From Pseudomonadota bacterium (GTDB lineage: Bacteria > Bdellovibrionota_B > Oligoflexia > Oligoflexales > RGVZ01): a stretch of DNA of 34,730 bases. The stretch lies in NCBI GenBank assembly GCA_041178085.1, contig JBEGVZ010000124.1:1-34730 (forward strand), given 5' to 3'. Shown here one piece after another: positions 9,725 through 19,169 of this stretch. The notes below the pieces were generated by a model. It searched no databases. It was not told the origin of the DNA and saw only the letters and a list, made by a program, of their open reading frames with translations. How positions within the stretch are numbered: the first letter of the stretch is position 1; each line of letters starts with the position of its first letter. Both the position numbers and the translations under genes were made by a program.

Positions 9725-9958
9725 TTAGCGTTGGCGCGGCTGACGTTTCGCCTCTTCCATTGCTTTCTCCATGATTCCGCCTGCTTTCGCTTTGATTCCG
9801 CGGAACAAAAAAGCCACCACGACGCCGCCAGCAAGGACGGGTCCAAGGGTTTTTGCCAGATCCACCATCACTGCGGCCCCTTCCCCGCGTGACATGATGG
9901 CCGCCACCATCAAAGCTGCAGCCAACCACTGAAACTTAAACTCCCAGAACTTCTTCAT
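9725..9958 (-). CDS. Small membrane protein, last gene of the hemF-ccm operon
   Basis: Two hydrophobic segments, basic tail, GGGGGG RBS, overlaps upstream gene by 23 nt. Confidence 0.55.
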   Translation of the reverse strand: MKKFWEFKFQWLAAALMVAAIMSRGEGAAVMVDLAKTLGPVLAGGVVVAFLFRGIKAKAGGIMEKAMEEAKRQPRQR

Positions 9959-10895
9959 CCGAAGCCCCCCCTTCCCTTCTTGATGTCCTTATCGCAAACG
10001 CTGCAGCCAGCCCACAAAGGATTGCTGCTACAGTTGAACCAAGGATCCAAAGACGTTGCCTGCCCTCAACAATACCAGCCACAGAGAAAGCAAACCTTGA
10101 TCCAGCTTCCAGCGGACTGGACAGGTTCCAAACCCTTTCCTGGCGACTTACAAGGCCGTTTCCGCTGACCGTGAGGGCGGCATTCTTTTGAACCAGCACC
10201 TGCAATTCGGCGACTGGATAAGGGACGGCAAAATCAACCTCTGCCTGGCCCGCCTTTGACGGAAGGATAAAGCCGAAACTGAGCAGGTGTACCCCAGGCT
10301 CAACGATTTTCTTTATCGATAGCGCCCCCCCCTCACCGACCACGACTTCGTCCTGGCTGATCCCCTCCTGGGGACGAACGTCGATCGCTCCGGCCGGTAA
10401 CATCACTGGCGAAGCAAATTCACTGGCCTTGTCGCCCGGATTGTTCACGGTGAAAACGTAATGACCCCATAACTGGTCCACCCCACCCCGCAGCATGATG
10501 GCATGACGGGGACCAATTTCGACCGCAACTGCGGCTTGGGCCGAGTCTGTGAGCCCACCGAACCAGGTCGAACCAGCCATCAGCATGGCAAGAATCACAG
10601 GTGCCATCCGATTGCTTGCGATGAAGTCAAGGCGACGGGCTACGTCAAGCCAGCGGTGACGAAGATACGAACTGCGCCGCTCCCACTGGCGGGTTGAGAT
10701 TTCCCCACGCTTGTACGAAGCCTCTTCCTGGACATAACGCGACACGATCGCAGCCTTCATGGCGGCAAGGCGATCAGGATCGTCAATGGTGGCCGCTGCG
10801 GCAAGACGGCCGCCACGACCAAAGTAAAACGGCGCCAGCGTGGCGCAGACTGCGACCAGAGCGAACCCGCCCGCAACTAAAAGGATCGCAGTCAT
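9936..10895 (-). CDS. Ccm-associated membrane protein (CcmI-N-terminus-like region plus periplasmic beta domain)
   Basis: TM plus helical segment EEASYKRGEISTRQW; second hydrophobic segment; beta-rich domain; C-terminal TM; TGATG coupling to ccmH. Confidence 0.6.
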   Translation of the reverse strand: MTAILLVAGGFALVAVCATLAPFYFGRGGRLAAAATIDDPDRLAAMKAAIVSRYVQEEASYKRGEISTRQWERRSSYLRHRWLDVARRLDFIASNRMAPVILAMLMAGSTWFGGLTDSAQAAVAVEIGPRHAIMLRGGVDQLWGHYVFTVNNPGDKASEFASPVMLPAGAIDVRPQEGISQDEVVVGEGGALSIKKIVEPGVHLLSFGFILPSKAGQAEVDFAVPYPVAELQVLVQKNAALTVSGNGLVSRQERVWNLSSPLEAGSRFAFSVAGIVEGRQRLWILGSTVAAILCGLAAAFAIRTSRREGGASDEEVLGV

Positions 10896-11386
10896 CAGGA
10901 AATCCCTCCGCGTCTGCGCGCCCTGTCCAGTTCAGTTTCCCAGTCAGACAGCAGCTCATCGAGAGGCTTGACCCCGTCCGTGCGGCGAACATCCTCGCGG
11001 TGGCGCCAGACAAAAAACCACAAGGCCAGCGGCCCAAGCAGCAGGGCGACCAAGGGGATCGCCCACGCCAGCACGTTGACGCCCGTTTTGGGTGGGACGC
11101 GCAAGATCCATGGCCCGTAACGGTCTGTAAACCAGGCAAGAATCTCATCATCGGACTTGCCGGCCTTGATCTGGTTGGTCACCTCGTCCTTGATCTGCTT
11201 CGAAAAAGGAGCATCGGACTCAAGGACACTCAGCCCCACACAAGTCGGGCAACGGAGTTCGCTGGCGACATCCTTGAAGCGGTTCTGGAAAGCCTGTTCT
11301 TCCGCAGCGAAAGCATCCATGGCAGCAAAGCCAAGAACCAGCGCACAAGCGACTCGCATTACGAAGGCAAAAACCAGACGCATCAT
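10895..11386 (-). CDS. ccmH: Cytochrome c-type biogenesis protein CcmH
   Basis: LRCPTC motif, GKSDDEILAWFTDRYG, C-terminal TM. Confidence 0.93.
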   Translation of the reverse strand: MMRLVFAFVMRVACALVLGFAAMDAFAAEEQAFQNRFKDVASELRCPTCVGLSVLESDAPFSKQIKDEVTNQIKAGKSDDEILAWFTDRYGPWILRVPPKTGVNVLAWAIPLVALLLGPLALWFFVWRHREDVRRTDGVKPLDELLSDWETELDRARRRGGIS

Positions 11387-13431
11387 GCCCGCCCCCCGTC
11401 TGCGACGTTTGACGGATCATCTTTGGAATCTTGCTCCCAGACACCGCCGGCGACATCGCGGCTGCGATCTCCGCGGAAACGATCCAAGGCAGCAATGAAG
11501 CCACCAAGTACCATGATGACCACACTTATAAATACCAGGCGCACGGTGGGATTGACGTGCAGCTGGAGCGTGACCGTTTCACCAGCCGCCTTGTCGAAGT
11601 CGACCATCACGGCGTAGAGGTCATGCCAAAATCCGCCGAGCACCCCGACCTCGTTAAGCAATTCAGGCTTCGTCGGGTATTTGCTCTTCGCGGGGAACAG
11701 CATCCCAACTTCACGACCGTCCCGGGAAACCGTCAAGGGTGCTTCGAACAGTTTATAGTTTTCCTGATCACGAACCTCGAACTGGCCCAAAGTGAATTCG
11801 TAGCCATAAAGCTTCGCCGATTCACCGGCGCGCAAAGTTACTTCGGTGTTAACGCCACGGTAATTACCAAGGAATCCAAGTATGGCAAGAAGGACACCGA
11901 TGTGGGCGATGAAAGCACCGAAGTAGGCTGTGTTACGCCCAAGGAAATTGCGGACTGCGGAAATCCCTGACGAGCCCCGGAGAAACGGGCGAAGCCGGTA
12001 CTCAAAATCCAGCACCAGACAGCCGAGCGACGCCATGACCAGGAACACTCCCACGACCTGCGCGGCAAAAGGCCAGGCCCGCGCAGTCTGGAACACCCCG
12101 CCAGCCCAGCAAAACAAGGCTGCAGCAGGGATTGCAAAAAGCCCAGCCCTGACCAGAACCTTGCGGCCTCCGGGAATCTTGCCCGAGTGATAGCGAAGCA
12201 AATTGCCCGCCCCGATCGCGACGATCATGGCCAGACCAATCCACGGCGCAAACGCATTGAAATAAGGGGCCTGGATCGAGATTCTCTGGCTACTGAATGC
12301 TTCCGTGACAATCGGAAACACGGTTCCGATAAAGACAATCGCCGCCAGCGTCAGCAGCAGGAACTGGGTGACGATAAGTGCCGATTCACGAGAAACGCCC
12401 CAGACCTTGCCAGCGTCGGGAGGCAAAATAGAAGACGCCCGGAATGCAAAAAGCGTCAGGCTGCCAAGCAGGAGTAAAGCGATAAACACGAGGTAGTTCG
12501 GGCCAATATTGCCATCCGCAAAGCTGTGTACCGACGTGATGATCCCCGAGCGCGTGATGAACGTCCCGAAGAAGCTGAAGAAGAAAGCGAGGATCGCAAG
12601 GATGATACCAAGGCGCTTCAGGTGACCAAGCTTGTCCTGCACCACCATGGAGTGAAGCAGCGCCGTCGCCATGATCCAAGGCATGAAACTGGAATTCTCC
12701 ACGGGATCCCACGCCCAATACCCGGCCCAGCCAAGTTCCACGTAGGCCCAGTGCCCGCCAAGGGCAATTCCTGCGGTGAGGGCGCACCATGCGAAGAGTG
12801 TCCAACGGCGCGTCGTCTTGAGCCAGCCCTCGGTGATATCGCCGTAAGCCATCGCCGCAATTGAGTAAGCAAAGGGAATGGCCAGCGCCGTGTAGCCGAT
12901 AAACAGTGTCGGAGGGTGAATTGCCATGTACGGATTCTGCAGCAGCGGATTCTTGCCTTGGCCGTTCGGCGGAGCTGGCAATTGCATCACGAAGGGGTCG
13001 GAAAAACTGATGGCCAGGTAAAGCATCCAGCTGGTTACGAGAAGCAATGCAACGCCCACCCAGGGCATGATGTGCTCGTTGTCCTTGTTGCCTGTCCAAA
13101 GGCCGATCGCCGCGAATATACAAAGCAACAGAGTCCACAAAAGGTGCGAACCCTCGAGGGCCGACCAGAAAGTCGTGAACGTATAAAACGGTGGAAGATC
13201 GTTACTCGAGTTCCGCCAGATGTAAGCAATCGAATAGTCCCGGGAAAAAAGAGACAACCACATGACAAGCGAAGCAAGGACGACGAAACCAGCCATCATC
13301 GTGACTGCTAACCGTGCGGAGCGGTACAGGCGGCGATGCCTGTTGACCGCTGCAAAAAAGTTCGCGCCCAGGCCGTATAACGAGAAAATCAGCGCGAGGA
13401 ACAAAAAAATAAAACCAAGATGGGCCGGCAT
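11383..13431 (-). CDS. ccmF: Cytochrome c heme lyase CcmF (alternative GTG start 13440)
   Basis: NPLLQNPYMAIHPP, WAYVELGWAGYWAWDPVENSS (WWD domain), TRSGIITSVHSFA; many TM helices. Confidence 0.96.
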   Translation of the reverse strand: MPAHLGFIFLFLALIFSLYGLGANFFAAVNRHRRLYRSARLAVTMMAGFVVLASLVMWLSLFSRDYSIAYIWRNSSNDLPPFYTFTTFWSALEGSHLLWTLLLCIFAAIGLWTGNKDNEHIMPWVGVALLLVTSWMLYLAISFSDPFVMQLPAPPNGQGKNPLLQNPYMAIHPPTLFIGYTALAIPFAYSIAAMAYGDITEGWLKTTRRWTLFAWCALTAGIALGGHWAYVELGWAGYWAWDPVENSSFMPWIMATALLHSMVVQDKLGHLKRLGIILAILAFFFSFFGTFITRSGIITSVHSFADGNIGPNYLVFIALLLLGSLTLFAFRASSILPPDAGKVWGVSRESALIVTQFLLLTLAAIVFIGTVFPIVTEAFSSQRISIQAPYFNAFAPWIGLAMIVAIGAGNLLRYHSGKIPGGRKVLVRAGLFAIPAAALFCWAGGVFQTARAWPFAAQVVGVFLVMASLGCLVLDFEYRLRPFLRGSSGISAVRNFLGRNTAYFGAFIAHIGVLLAILGFLGNYRGVNTEVTLRAGESAKLYGYEFTLGQFEVRDQENYKLFEAPLTVSRDGREVGMLFPAKSKYPTKPELLNEVGVLGGFWHDLYAVMVDFDKAAGETVTLQLHVNPTVRLVFISVVIMVLGGFIAALDRFRGDRSRDVAGGVWEQDSKDDPSNVADGGRA

Positions 13432-13433
13432 TG

Positions 13434-14237
13434 TCACCACTTCACGACAGGGGGGAGAGATACAAAGATGGCTTCCGTATTACCGCCAGTCATCAATCCA
13501 AAACGCGTGCCGCGATCCCACGCCAGATTGAACTCAGCGTAGCGTCCGCGCCAGAATAACTGGCCTTCTTTTTGGCCTTCATCCCAGGCCAGGTTCTTGC
13601 GCCGCTCGAGGATGCGCGGATAGACGTCGATGTAGGCATCCGCCACAGCTGTCATGAAGCCCAGGCAGCGATCAAAATCACCTTCCAGATAATCAAAGAA
13701 AATACCGCCGACGCCACGAGCAGACTTGCGGTGCGGGATATAAAAGTATTCATCGCACCAGGATTTGAATTTCGCGTGGCAGTCAGGCGCCCAGACGCTG
13801 CAAGCGGCTTCCATCGCTGCGTGAAATTCAGCTGTGTCTTCCGGGTATTCAATGAACGGAGTCAAATCGGCGCCACCACCGATCCAGAACTTCTCGCCAA
13901 CTTCAAGCATGCGGACGTTCATGTGGGCGATCGGAGCGTGTGGGTTCATCATGTGAGTGATGGTCGAGATGCCCGATGCAGAAAAAGGCTTGCCTTTGTG
14001 TTCTCCCTCAATCGCTGGATATTCCGGGCCCGATACGGAAGAAATGTTCACCCCGGCCTTTTCAACCACCTGCCCGCGCAGGACGGCCATGGTGCCGCCG
14101 CCGCCCTCGGGCCTTTGCCAATCCTTGAGCTGGGTTACGGCATGGCCGTCTACGGTCTCGAGGCGGGCAGCAAGCCTGTCCCGGGCCCCCGAAAGGAAAG
14201 ACCATAGAGTCTCTTTTTGAGCACCAGTCAGTTTCAT
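13434..14237 (-). CDS. hemF: Oxygen-dependent coproporphyrinogen III oxidase
   Basis: GGGG..EKAGVN, HMNVR, GGGADLTP, WCDEYFYIPHR, RGVGGIFFD, RGRYAEFNL.WDRGT.FGL. Confidence 0.95.
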   Translation of the reverse strand: MKLTGAQKETLWSFLSGARDRLAARLETVDGHAVTQLKDWQRPEGGGGTMAVLRGQVVEKAGVNISSVSGPEYPAIEGEHKGKPFSASGISTITHMMNPHAPIAHMNVRMLEVGEKFWIGGGADLTPFIEYPEDTAEFHAAMEAACSVWAPDCHAKFKSWCDEYFYIPHRKSARGVGGIFFDYLEGDFDRCLGFMTAVADAYIDVYPRILERRKNLAWDEGQKEGQLFWRGRYAEFNLAWDRGTRFGLMTGGNTEAIFVSLPPVVKW

Positions 14238-14331
14238 GGTGACACGGTCTTAGCACCACTCTTACCCGTGGACAATTAATAACAATTTTAATAGAAACGG
14301 CCCGGTTTCATTCAGCAATGACCGGTGGCCA

Positions 14332-15753
14332 ATGCAAGAGTTCGACAACAGCCCATCACACCAGAACGGGCAGATCTCCGGAGCTGCCAAGCGCGTCTTC
14401 ATCAAGACCCTTGGCTGCAAGGTGAACACGTTTGACGGGAACGCCATCGGGAATCAGTTCAAGGCGCAGGGCTACACATTGGTAGACTCACCCGATGCCG
14501 CTGATATCACGGTGCTAAACACTTGTAGCGTAACCTCCGCTGCCGACCGGGAAGCCCGCTATCTGATCCGCCGCTACCGCCGCGAGAACCCAGACACAAA
14601 GCTGGTGGTCACAGGCTGCTATGCCCAGACCGACTCCGCCAGGCTGACTGGAATGGAAGAAGTCGATTTCGTTGTCCCGAATCAGGCCAAGGAGCAATTG
14701 GTCCAGCTGGTGGAATCGGGACAAGCTGATGGCACGGAGAAAATGCCCGCCGCGGTGAAGCCCGTCAGCGAAAACCGGCAGTCACATTTCAAATCCTCAC
14801 TGACACTCTTTGACGATGCGTCGTCCACCCAGACGCGGGCGTTTGTGAAGATCCAGGACGGCTGCAACGGCTTTTGCGCATACTGCCTGATCCCCTATGC
14901 CCGCGGGGCAAGTCGCAGCGTGCCGCGTCAGCAGGCATTCTCGGAAATCGAACGCCTGATCAAGAACGGCACCCCCGAAATTGTCCTGACCGGAATTCAC
15001 ATTGGCGACTATGGACAGGATCTGGAGCCGTCGCGTGATGAAGCTGGATCAAAAGGCATCGACCAAGATCATTTCGCCAGCTTCGTGGCGGATGTGATGA
15101 ACATCCCGGGCTTGCGCCGCCTGCGTATTTCTTCTCTGGAACCTAACGAGCTGACCAGTGCGTTGTTGCGTGTCCTGAAGGCCAACGAAGGCAAGTTCTG
15201 CCCGCACTTCCACCTGCCGCTGCAATCAGGTAACGACCGCGTGCTGAAAGCGATGCGCCGGACATACGACACAGCCACCTACGCGACGGCGATCGCCGAA
15301 GCCCGGGAACTCTTCCCCGACGCAAGCTTTGGTGCGGATGTGATCCCGGGATTCCCGGGCGAAACGGAAGAGGAATTTGCCGGGACCATGGCATTCATCT
15401 CGGACCTGAAGCTAAGCTATTTGCATGTCTTCCCGTATTCGCTTCGTCCAAACACCGCCGCGGCGCGCATGCCTGGCCATCTACCGCCAGAAATCGTCAA
15501 GGAGCGTGCTGCCAGGCTGCGTGAATTGTCCACGAAACTTGCCCGCGAGTATCACGCATCATTTGTCGGCAAGGCGTTGGAAGTCCTGTGGGAGAAAGAC
15601 ACAGATGATGAGGGACGGCGAAGCGGAGTGTCCCGCAACTACCTTGGCATCGTAAGCACCCCGGGATATTCCCCTGCGGCCGGCACGATCGAAACCTGCA
15701 AAGTGAAAGGCTTCACAGCTGCGGGCAAACTGCTTGTCGTCGCCGGGCGTTAA
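14332..15753 (+). CDS. mtaB: tRNA t6A37 methylthiotransferase MtaB
   Basis: TLGCKVN, NTCSVT, VTGCYAQ, radical-SAM KIQDGCNGFCAYC, HVFPYS. Confidence 0.92.
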   Translation: MQEFDNSPSHQNGQISGAAKRVFIKTLGCKVNTFDGNAIGNQFKAQGYTLVDSPDAADITVLNTCSVTSAADREARYLIRRYRRENPDTKLVVTGCYAQTDSARLTGMEEVDFVVPNQAKEQLVQLVESGQADGTEKMPAAVKPVSENRQSHFKSSLTLFDDASSTQTRAFVKIQDGCNGFCAYCLIPYARGASRSVPRQQAFSEIERLIKNGTPEIVLTGIHIGDYGQDLEPSRDEAGSKGIDQDHFASFVADVMNIPGLRRLRISSLEPNELTSALLRVLKANEGKFCPHFHLPLQSGNDRVLKAMRRTYDTATYATAIAEARELFPDASFGADVIPGFPGETEEEFAGTMAFISDLKLSYLHVFPYSLRPNTAAARMPGHLPPEIVKERAARLRELSTKLAREYHASFVGKALEVLWEKDTDDEGRRSGVSRNYLGIVSTPGYSPAAGTIETCKVKGFTAAGKLLVVAGR

Positions 15754-15762
15754 ACGCCGGGA

Positions 15763-15791
15763 TTGCGCCACTTCGTTTTTTTGATGATAAT
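15763..15791 (+). promoter_or_regulatory. Candidate sigma70 promoter for the lipoprotein gene
   Basis: TTGCGC-N17-GATAAT. Confidence 0.4.
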
Positions 15792-15853
15792 TCCCCTATG
15801 ACTTGACGATTTTCCCCTGAATGTCGCCACCTTTCGTGGCAGAGGTCACTCAT

Positions 15854-17716
15854 TTGACTCGCCTGTTCACGACCGCCAGATTGCTGACGATTGCCGTCTG
15901 CCTTTGTTCAATTACCCCCGCCGGATGCAAGTCGCGAAACAACGTCAGCCGCTTGCAGGCGGGCGATGGAGCAGCCGGCGACCTTGCCAAACAATGTCGG
16001 GATATTCTGGCGGAGAACCAGGGTCAGGCGACGATCTATTCGGAAGAGGCAATCTACCGTGGCCTGTTCACCGCGACCTCCAGGAATCGTTTACCTCTGG
16101 ACAAGGCAGCGGACCGCTTCGCCAGCAGGATTGCGGAGGATTTTCTTCATTTCAGCGGCCTTGTTTATGACCGAAAGTATGGCCCAAAAAACTATCGCAC
16201 AAGTCAGTTTGCAGATGGTTTCCGCTGGCTGGTTCGCGGTTACGTTTCATTGCTCGGCCCCTCTTACTACGGAACGCTCGAAGGGCAGAACGCAGGCATG
16301 GATTCGATGCTCCAGAACAACATCATGGGGCTGCTTGTTTATGCCATGCGTAACGGGGGTGAAATCGCCTACGAACTGCAAGCTGGCAGGTATCTGAAAG
16401 GGCTGCAAGCAAACCGTGGGGTAAACCTTCCCGATTTGATGGTCCTGTTCATGATGGACCAATACAAAGAGCTTTTTCACCTGGAGGATATTGCGGCCAG
16501 CCACCGGGATGCCGATGCCCCTGCCGCGATATTCAGCAACAAAACGACGCCAGCCGTTGCCTGTAACAACCACGCAGCCCAAGTGATCGCAGAACCCATC
16601 CCCTGGGAAAAGCTGGGCATGGATACTTATACGGGGTACGGATTCGTCCCGTGGTTCCATGAGCCCATCGCGCGCTTTCGTTACGAGTATCCCGTCATTT
16701 CCAGCATCATTCCGGTTCTGGGGCCCTCATTGTCGGCCGCAGACAGCCTGATCAGCGCGGTTGAGGGGCGAGACGCCCGTGGCAACAACGTCTCGCGCGT
16801 CGCCAGCAGTGCCTTTTTCACCTTCCACTTCACCATGGCTGTGCTCGATGCTTTTTCGGTCAAGTCCGCGGTTCAGTCCAGCCGCGACTTTGTCGCCCGC
16901 GTATCGAACCGGGCAAGGGGCCTGCAGCCCACAGCGGCGGGCGTCGAGGAACTGACTGCAGTCGTCAAGGACGAGGCCATGATGGCGGAGTCTGCGGCGA
17001 AGCCACTCCTCGGCAGGAACCTGAACCCCTGCAACCTTTCGGCGTTTAACTGGGAATGGCTGTTTAGCGGAATCGCCTATGCAGGCGGGCTTCCTTGCCT
17101 CAAGGGGCTTGGTGAAGTCAACGCCCTGCACACCAACATCAACAATGCAAAGCGCCTGGATGTAATCAAAGACGTGCGGATCGCCGATGTGATGTCCGCC
17201 CCTGGGCACCAATATCTGCGCGATCCGAAAAAGGTCATCAGCATGTCGGAACACATCCTGAAGACGGGCGGAGCTGGCTTTGAGGCAGAACCCATGATCG
17301 TGAACATCTTCACCAACAGCCTTGAAGACGGGACCGTCGCTGTCCGTTCCGTCGAGGTTATCGACGGCAACCACCGCTTCGCGGCAGGTCTGCTCAGCGG
17401 CAAATGGCAAAAGCTGGGCGACATCCCGGAAGCTTTCATCAAGGTCAAGGTCAACGGCTGGAGCGCAGGCGGGGGATTCTCTGAACCGCGTTGGATCCCG
17501 CTCGAAATCGCAGAGAAATCGACCATCTCACGACAGTCATGGTTCCGCGTGCCTGAGCACTGGGCCAACGTGAAAGGACCGACCGCACAGATTCCAGGGG
17601 ACATCGCCAGCATCGACCCCGTGATCCCTTTGGACTACCGGGGCGTCAGGATGGAGCAAGTGCTGCGTACCAGTCTGGAGAGGATTGGCGCTGGCAACAT
17701 GTTCCCGGCGCGTTGA
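15854..17716 (+). CDS. Lipoprotein with pre-toxin-TG-like segment and C-terminal ParB/Srx-fold domain (polymorphic-toxin-like); TTG start preferred, ATG at 15821 possible
   Basis: GAGG RBS; lipoprotein signal ending PAG-C-KSR; IIPVLG..AVEGRDARGNNVS; EPMIV..VIDGNHRFAA. Confidence 0.6.
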   Translation: MTRLFTTARLLTIAVCLCSITPAGCKSRNNVSRLQAGDGAAGDLAKQCRDILAENQGQATIYSEEAIYRGLFTATSRNRLPLDKAADRFASRIAEDFLHFSGLVYDRKYGPKNYRTSQFADGFRWLVRGYVSLLGPSYYGTLEGQNAGMDSMLQNNIMGLLVYAMRNGGEIAYELQAGRYLKGLQANRGVNLPDLMVLFMMDQYKELFHLEDIAASHRDADAPAAIFSNKTTPAVACNNHAAQVIAEPIPWEKLGMDTYTGYGFVPWFHEPIARFRYEYPVISSIIPVLGPSLSAADSLISAVEGRDARGNNVSRVASSAFFTFHFTMAVLDAFSVKSAVQSSRDFVARVSNRARGLQPTAAGVEELTAVVKDEAMMAESAAKPLLGRNLNPCNLSAFNWEWLFSGIAYAGGLPCLKGLGEVNALHTNINNAKRLDVIKDVRIADVMSAPGHQYLRDPKKVISMSEHILKTGGAGFEAEPMIVNIFTNSLEDGTVAVRSVEVIDGNHRFAAGLLSGKWQKLGDIPEAFIKVKVNGWSAGGGFSEPRWIPLEIAEKSTISRQSWFRVPEHWANVKGPTAQIPGDIASIDPVIPLDYRGVRMEQVLRTSLERIGAGNMFPAR

Positions 17717-17749
17717 TAGCGCCGCTCAGTCTAATCCCATTGGATGTGG

Positions 17750-18226
17750 TCAAGGGCCGCGGACGAAATTCAGCGAATCGAAGCGAGCACGGGCCGCGGC
17801 AAGGTCGGCTTCTGCCATCTCCACTGCGACCGCGAGTTGCTGCGCAATAAAATCATCAAGCTCTGTTTGCTTTCTGGCCTCAAGCAGCCTTGCCCCGGAG
17901 ATCGCACCACTGACGCCCTGCAAACGCGTGTAAATTTCCTGGTTGTACCGGTGTTCAACGACATGTTTCGCCGCATCAATCCTGGCCAAGCGCAGGCGTG
18001 CCTCGAACCACCGCACCATCGCGCCAGCCTCTGCTTTTTTTGCGGCCAGATAACCATCTGACGCCTCAGAAACGGTATCGAAGTCGATCAAGCGGCGGTC
18101 TACGGGATCATCGACCTCAGTCGACCCGGGTGGCTGGGCAAGGGAACTTGATGCAATTTGGAATACGGTCAGACCTGCAGCGAAAAGTCGCGTCAGCCTT
18201 GCCACAGCCCTGTTGCTTTGCGTCAT
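17750..18226 (-). CDS. Secreted helical/coiled-coil hypothetical protein
   Basis: Signal peptide ending SSLA; Ala-rich helices with GAIS turn resembling an efflux-adaptor hairpin. Confidence 0.5.
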   Translation of the reverse strand: MTQSNRAVARLTRLFAAGLTVFQIASSSLAQPPGSTEVDDPVDRRLIDFDTVSEASDGYLAAKKAEAGAMVRWFEARLRLARIDAAKHVVEHRYNQEIYTRLQGVSGAISGARLLEARKQTELDDFIAQQLAVAVEMAEADLAAARARFDSLNFVRGP

Positions 18227-18313
18227 CCTTGCGAACCCTCCCCCCAGGAACACCCCTGTATCGGGAGCGGTGCAAAAAGCGATCGCGGTTTGGACCGTAA
18301 ACTCTGCGCCTAT

Positions 18314-19132
18314 TCAGCCATCGACAACCGATCGCGACGCAGAGAGCGGTGTTATCCCCCGGAACGAAACACCGTAGCGGTCCTGATGAAACACCGTATC
18401 CGGCGGAAAGCGTGGACTAAGTTTGACGGGCTCGGGCGTGCGCCCGACAGGAATAATCAAAGGCACCGAATAACGTTGCGGAAGTCCCAGCGCCTTCTTT
18501 ACCCAGCGCTCATCCAATCCCTCCATGGGACAAGTATCAAGCCCGTGAGCCGAGGCCGCCAACATGAAAGTCTGAGCCGCGAGCGAAACCTGCTTCCAGC
18601 CATAACCGGCAAATCCTGCATCACCTAGCGGCACCATTGGCATCGGCCTGAAAAAACTCAAGCTTCGCGTGCCAAACCAGCGGACGACATTGTTGATGCC
18701 AAAGAAACCACGCCCGAAAACATTCTTCACGATTTTACGCAGGTAATTGGCGTACCCTTCCGACCAATGCCCAAGCTGAAGGGCGTGGGAAGCGGTGCGT
18801 TCAAAATTGCCAGCTATGTTTTTGTCAGTCGCAAAAACAACAACTGCTGGAGCTTCTTCCACCTGCCGCTGGTTGAAAGCGGCGTAACGCAATTTCCGCT
18901 TGATATCCGCGTCCGTGACCACAATCGCGATCCAGCCCTGCAAGTTATAACCCGTCGGAGCCCTCTGGGTGATGGCAAGAACCTGTTCCAGCATACCGTG
19001 GGGAATCGGGTCCGGTGAGAAGCGCCGCACAGAACGACGCGCAAGGACGATCCTGCACAAGGCTTCCGCGTCAGACATCAGGCAACCGTTGTTGTGGGTG
19101 GCCCCAGGTGCAGCGTCCAGATCAAGGCTCAT
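18314..19132 (-). CDS. Nitroreductase family protein
   Basis: RRSVRRF, APTGYNLQGW, NQRQVEEAP, GLDTCPMEG. Confidence 0.9.
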   Translation of the reverse strand: MSLDLDAAPGATHNNGCLMSDAEALCRIVLARRSVRRFSPDPIPHGMLEQVLAITQRAPTGYNLQGWIAIVVTDADIKRKLRYAAFNQRQVEEAPAVVVFATDKNIAGNFERTASHALQLGHWSEGYANYLRKIVKNVFGRGFFGINNVVRWFGTRSLSFFRPMPMVPLGDAGFAGYGWKQVSLAAQTFMLAASAHGLDTCPMEGLDERWVKKALGLPQRYSVPLIIPVGRTPEPVKLSPRFPPDTVFHQDRYGVSFRGITPLSASRSVVDG

Positions 19133-19169
19133 GACAGGCCCCTTCCAAGGTGTTAACCGGACAATGATC

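Noticed and set aside
14270..14296. AT-rich stretch between hemF and mtaB as a Fur/FNR box
   Set aside because: Match to either consensus is too poor; probably just divergent promoter elements
17750..18226. Convergent secreted protein as immunity partner of the ParB-tip lipoprotein
   Set aside because: Opposite strand, appears to follow the nadC-birA-nitroreductase run, and is exported; nothing links it to the toxin-like gene
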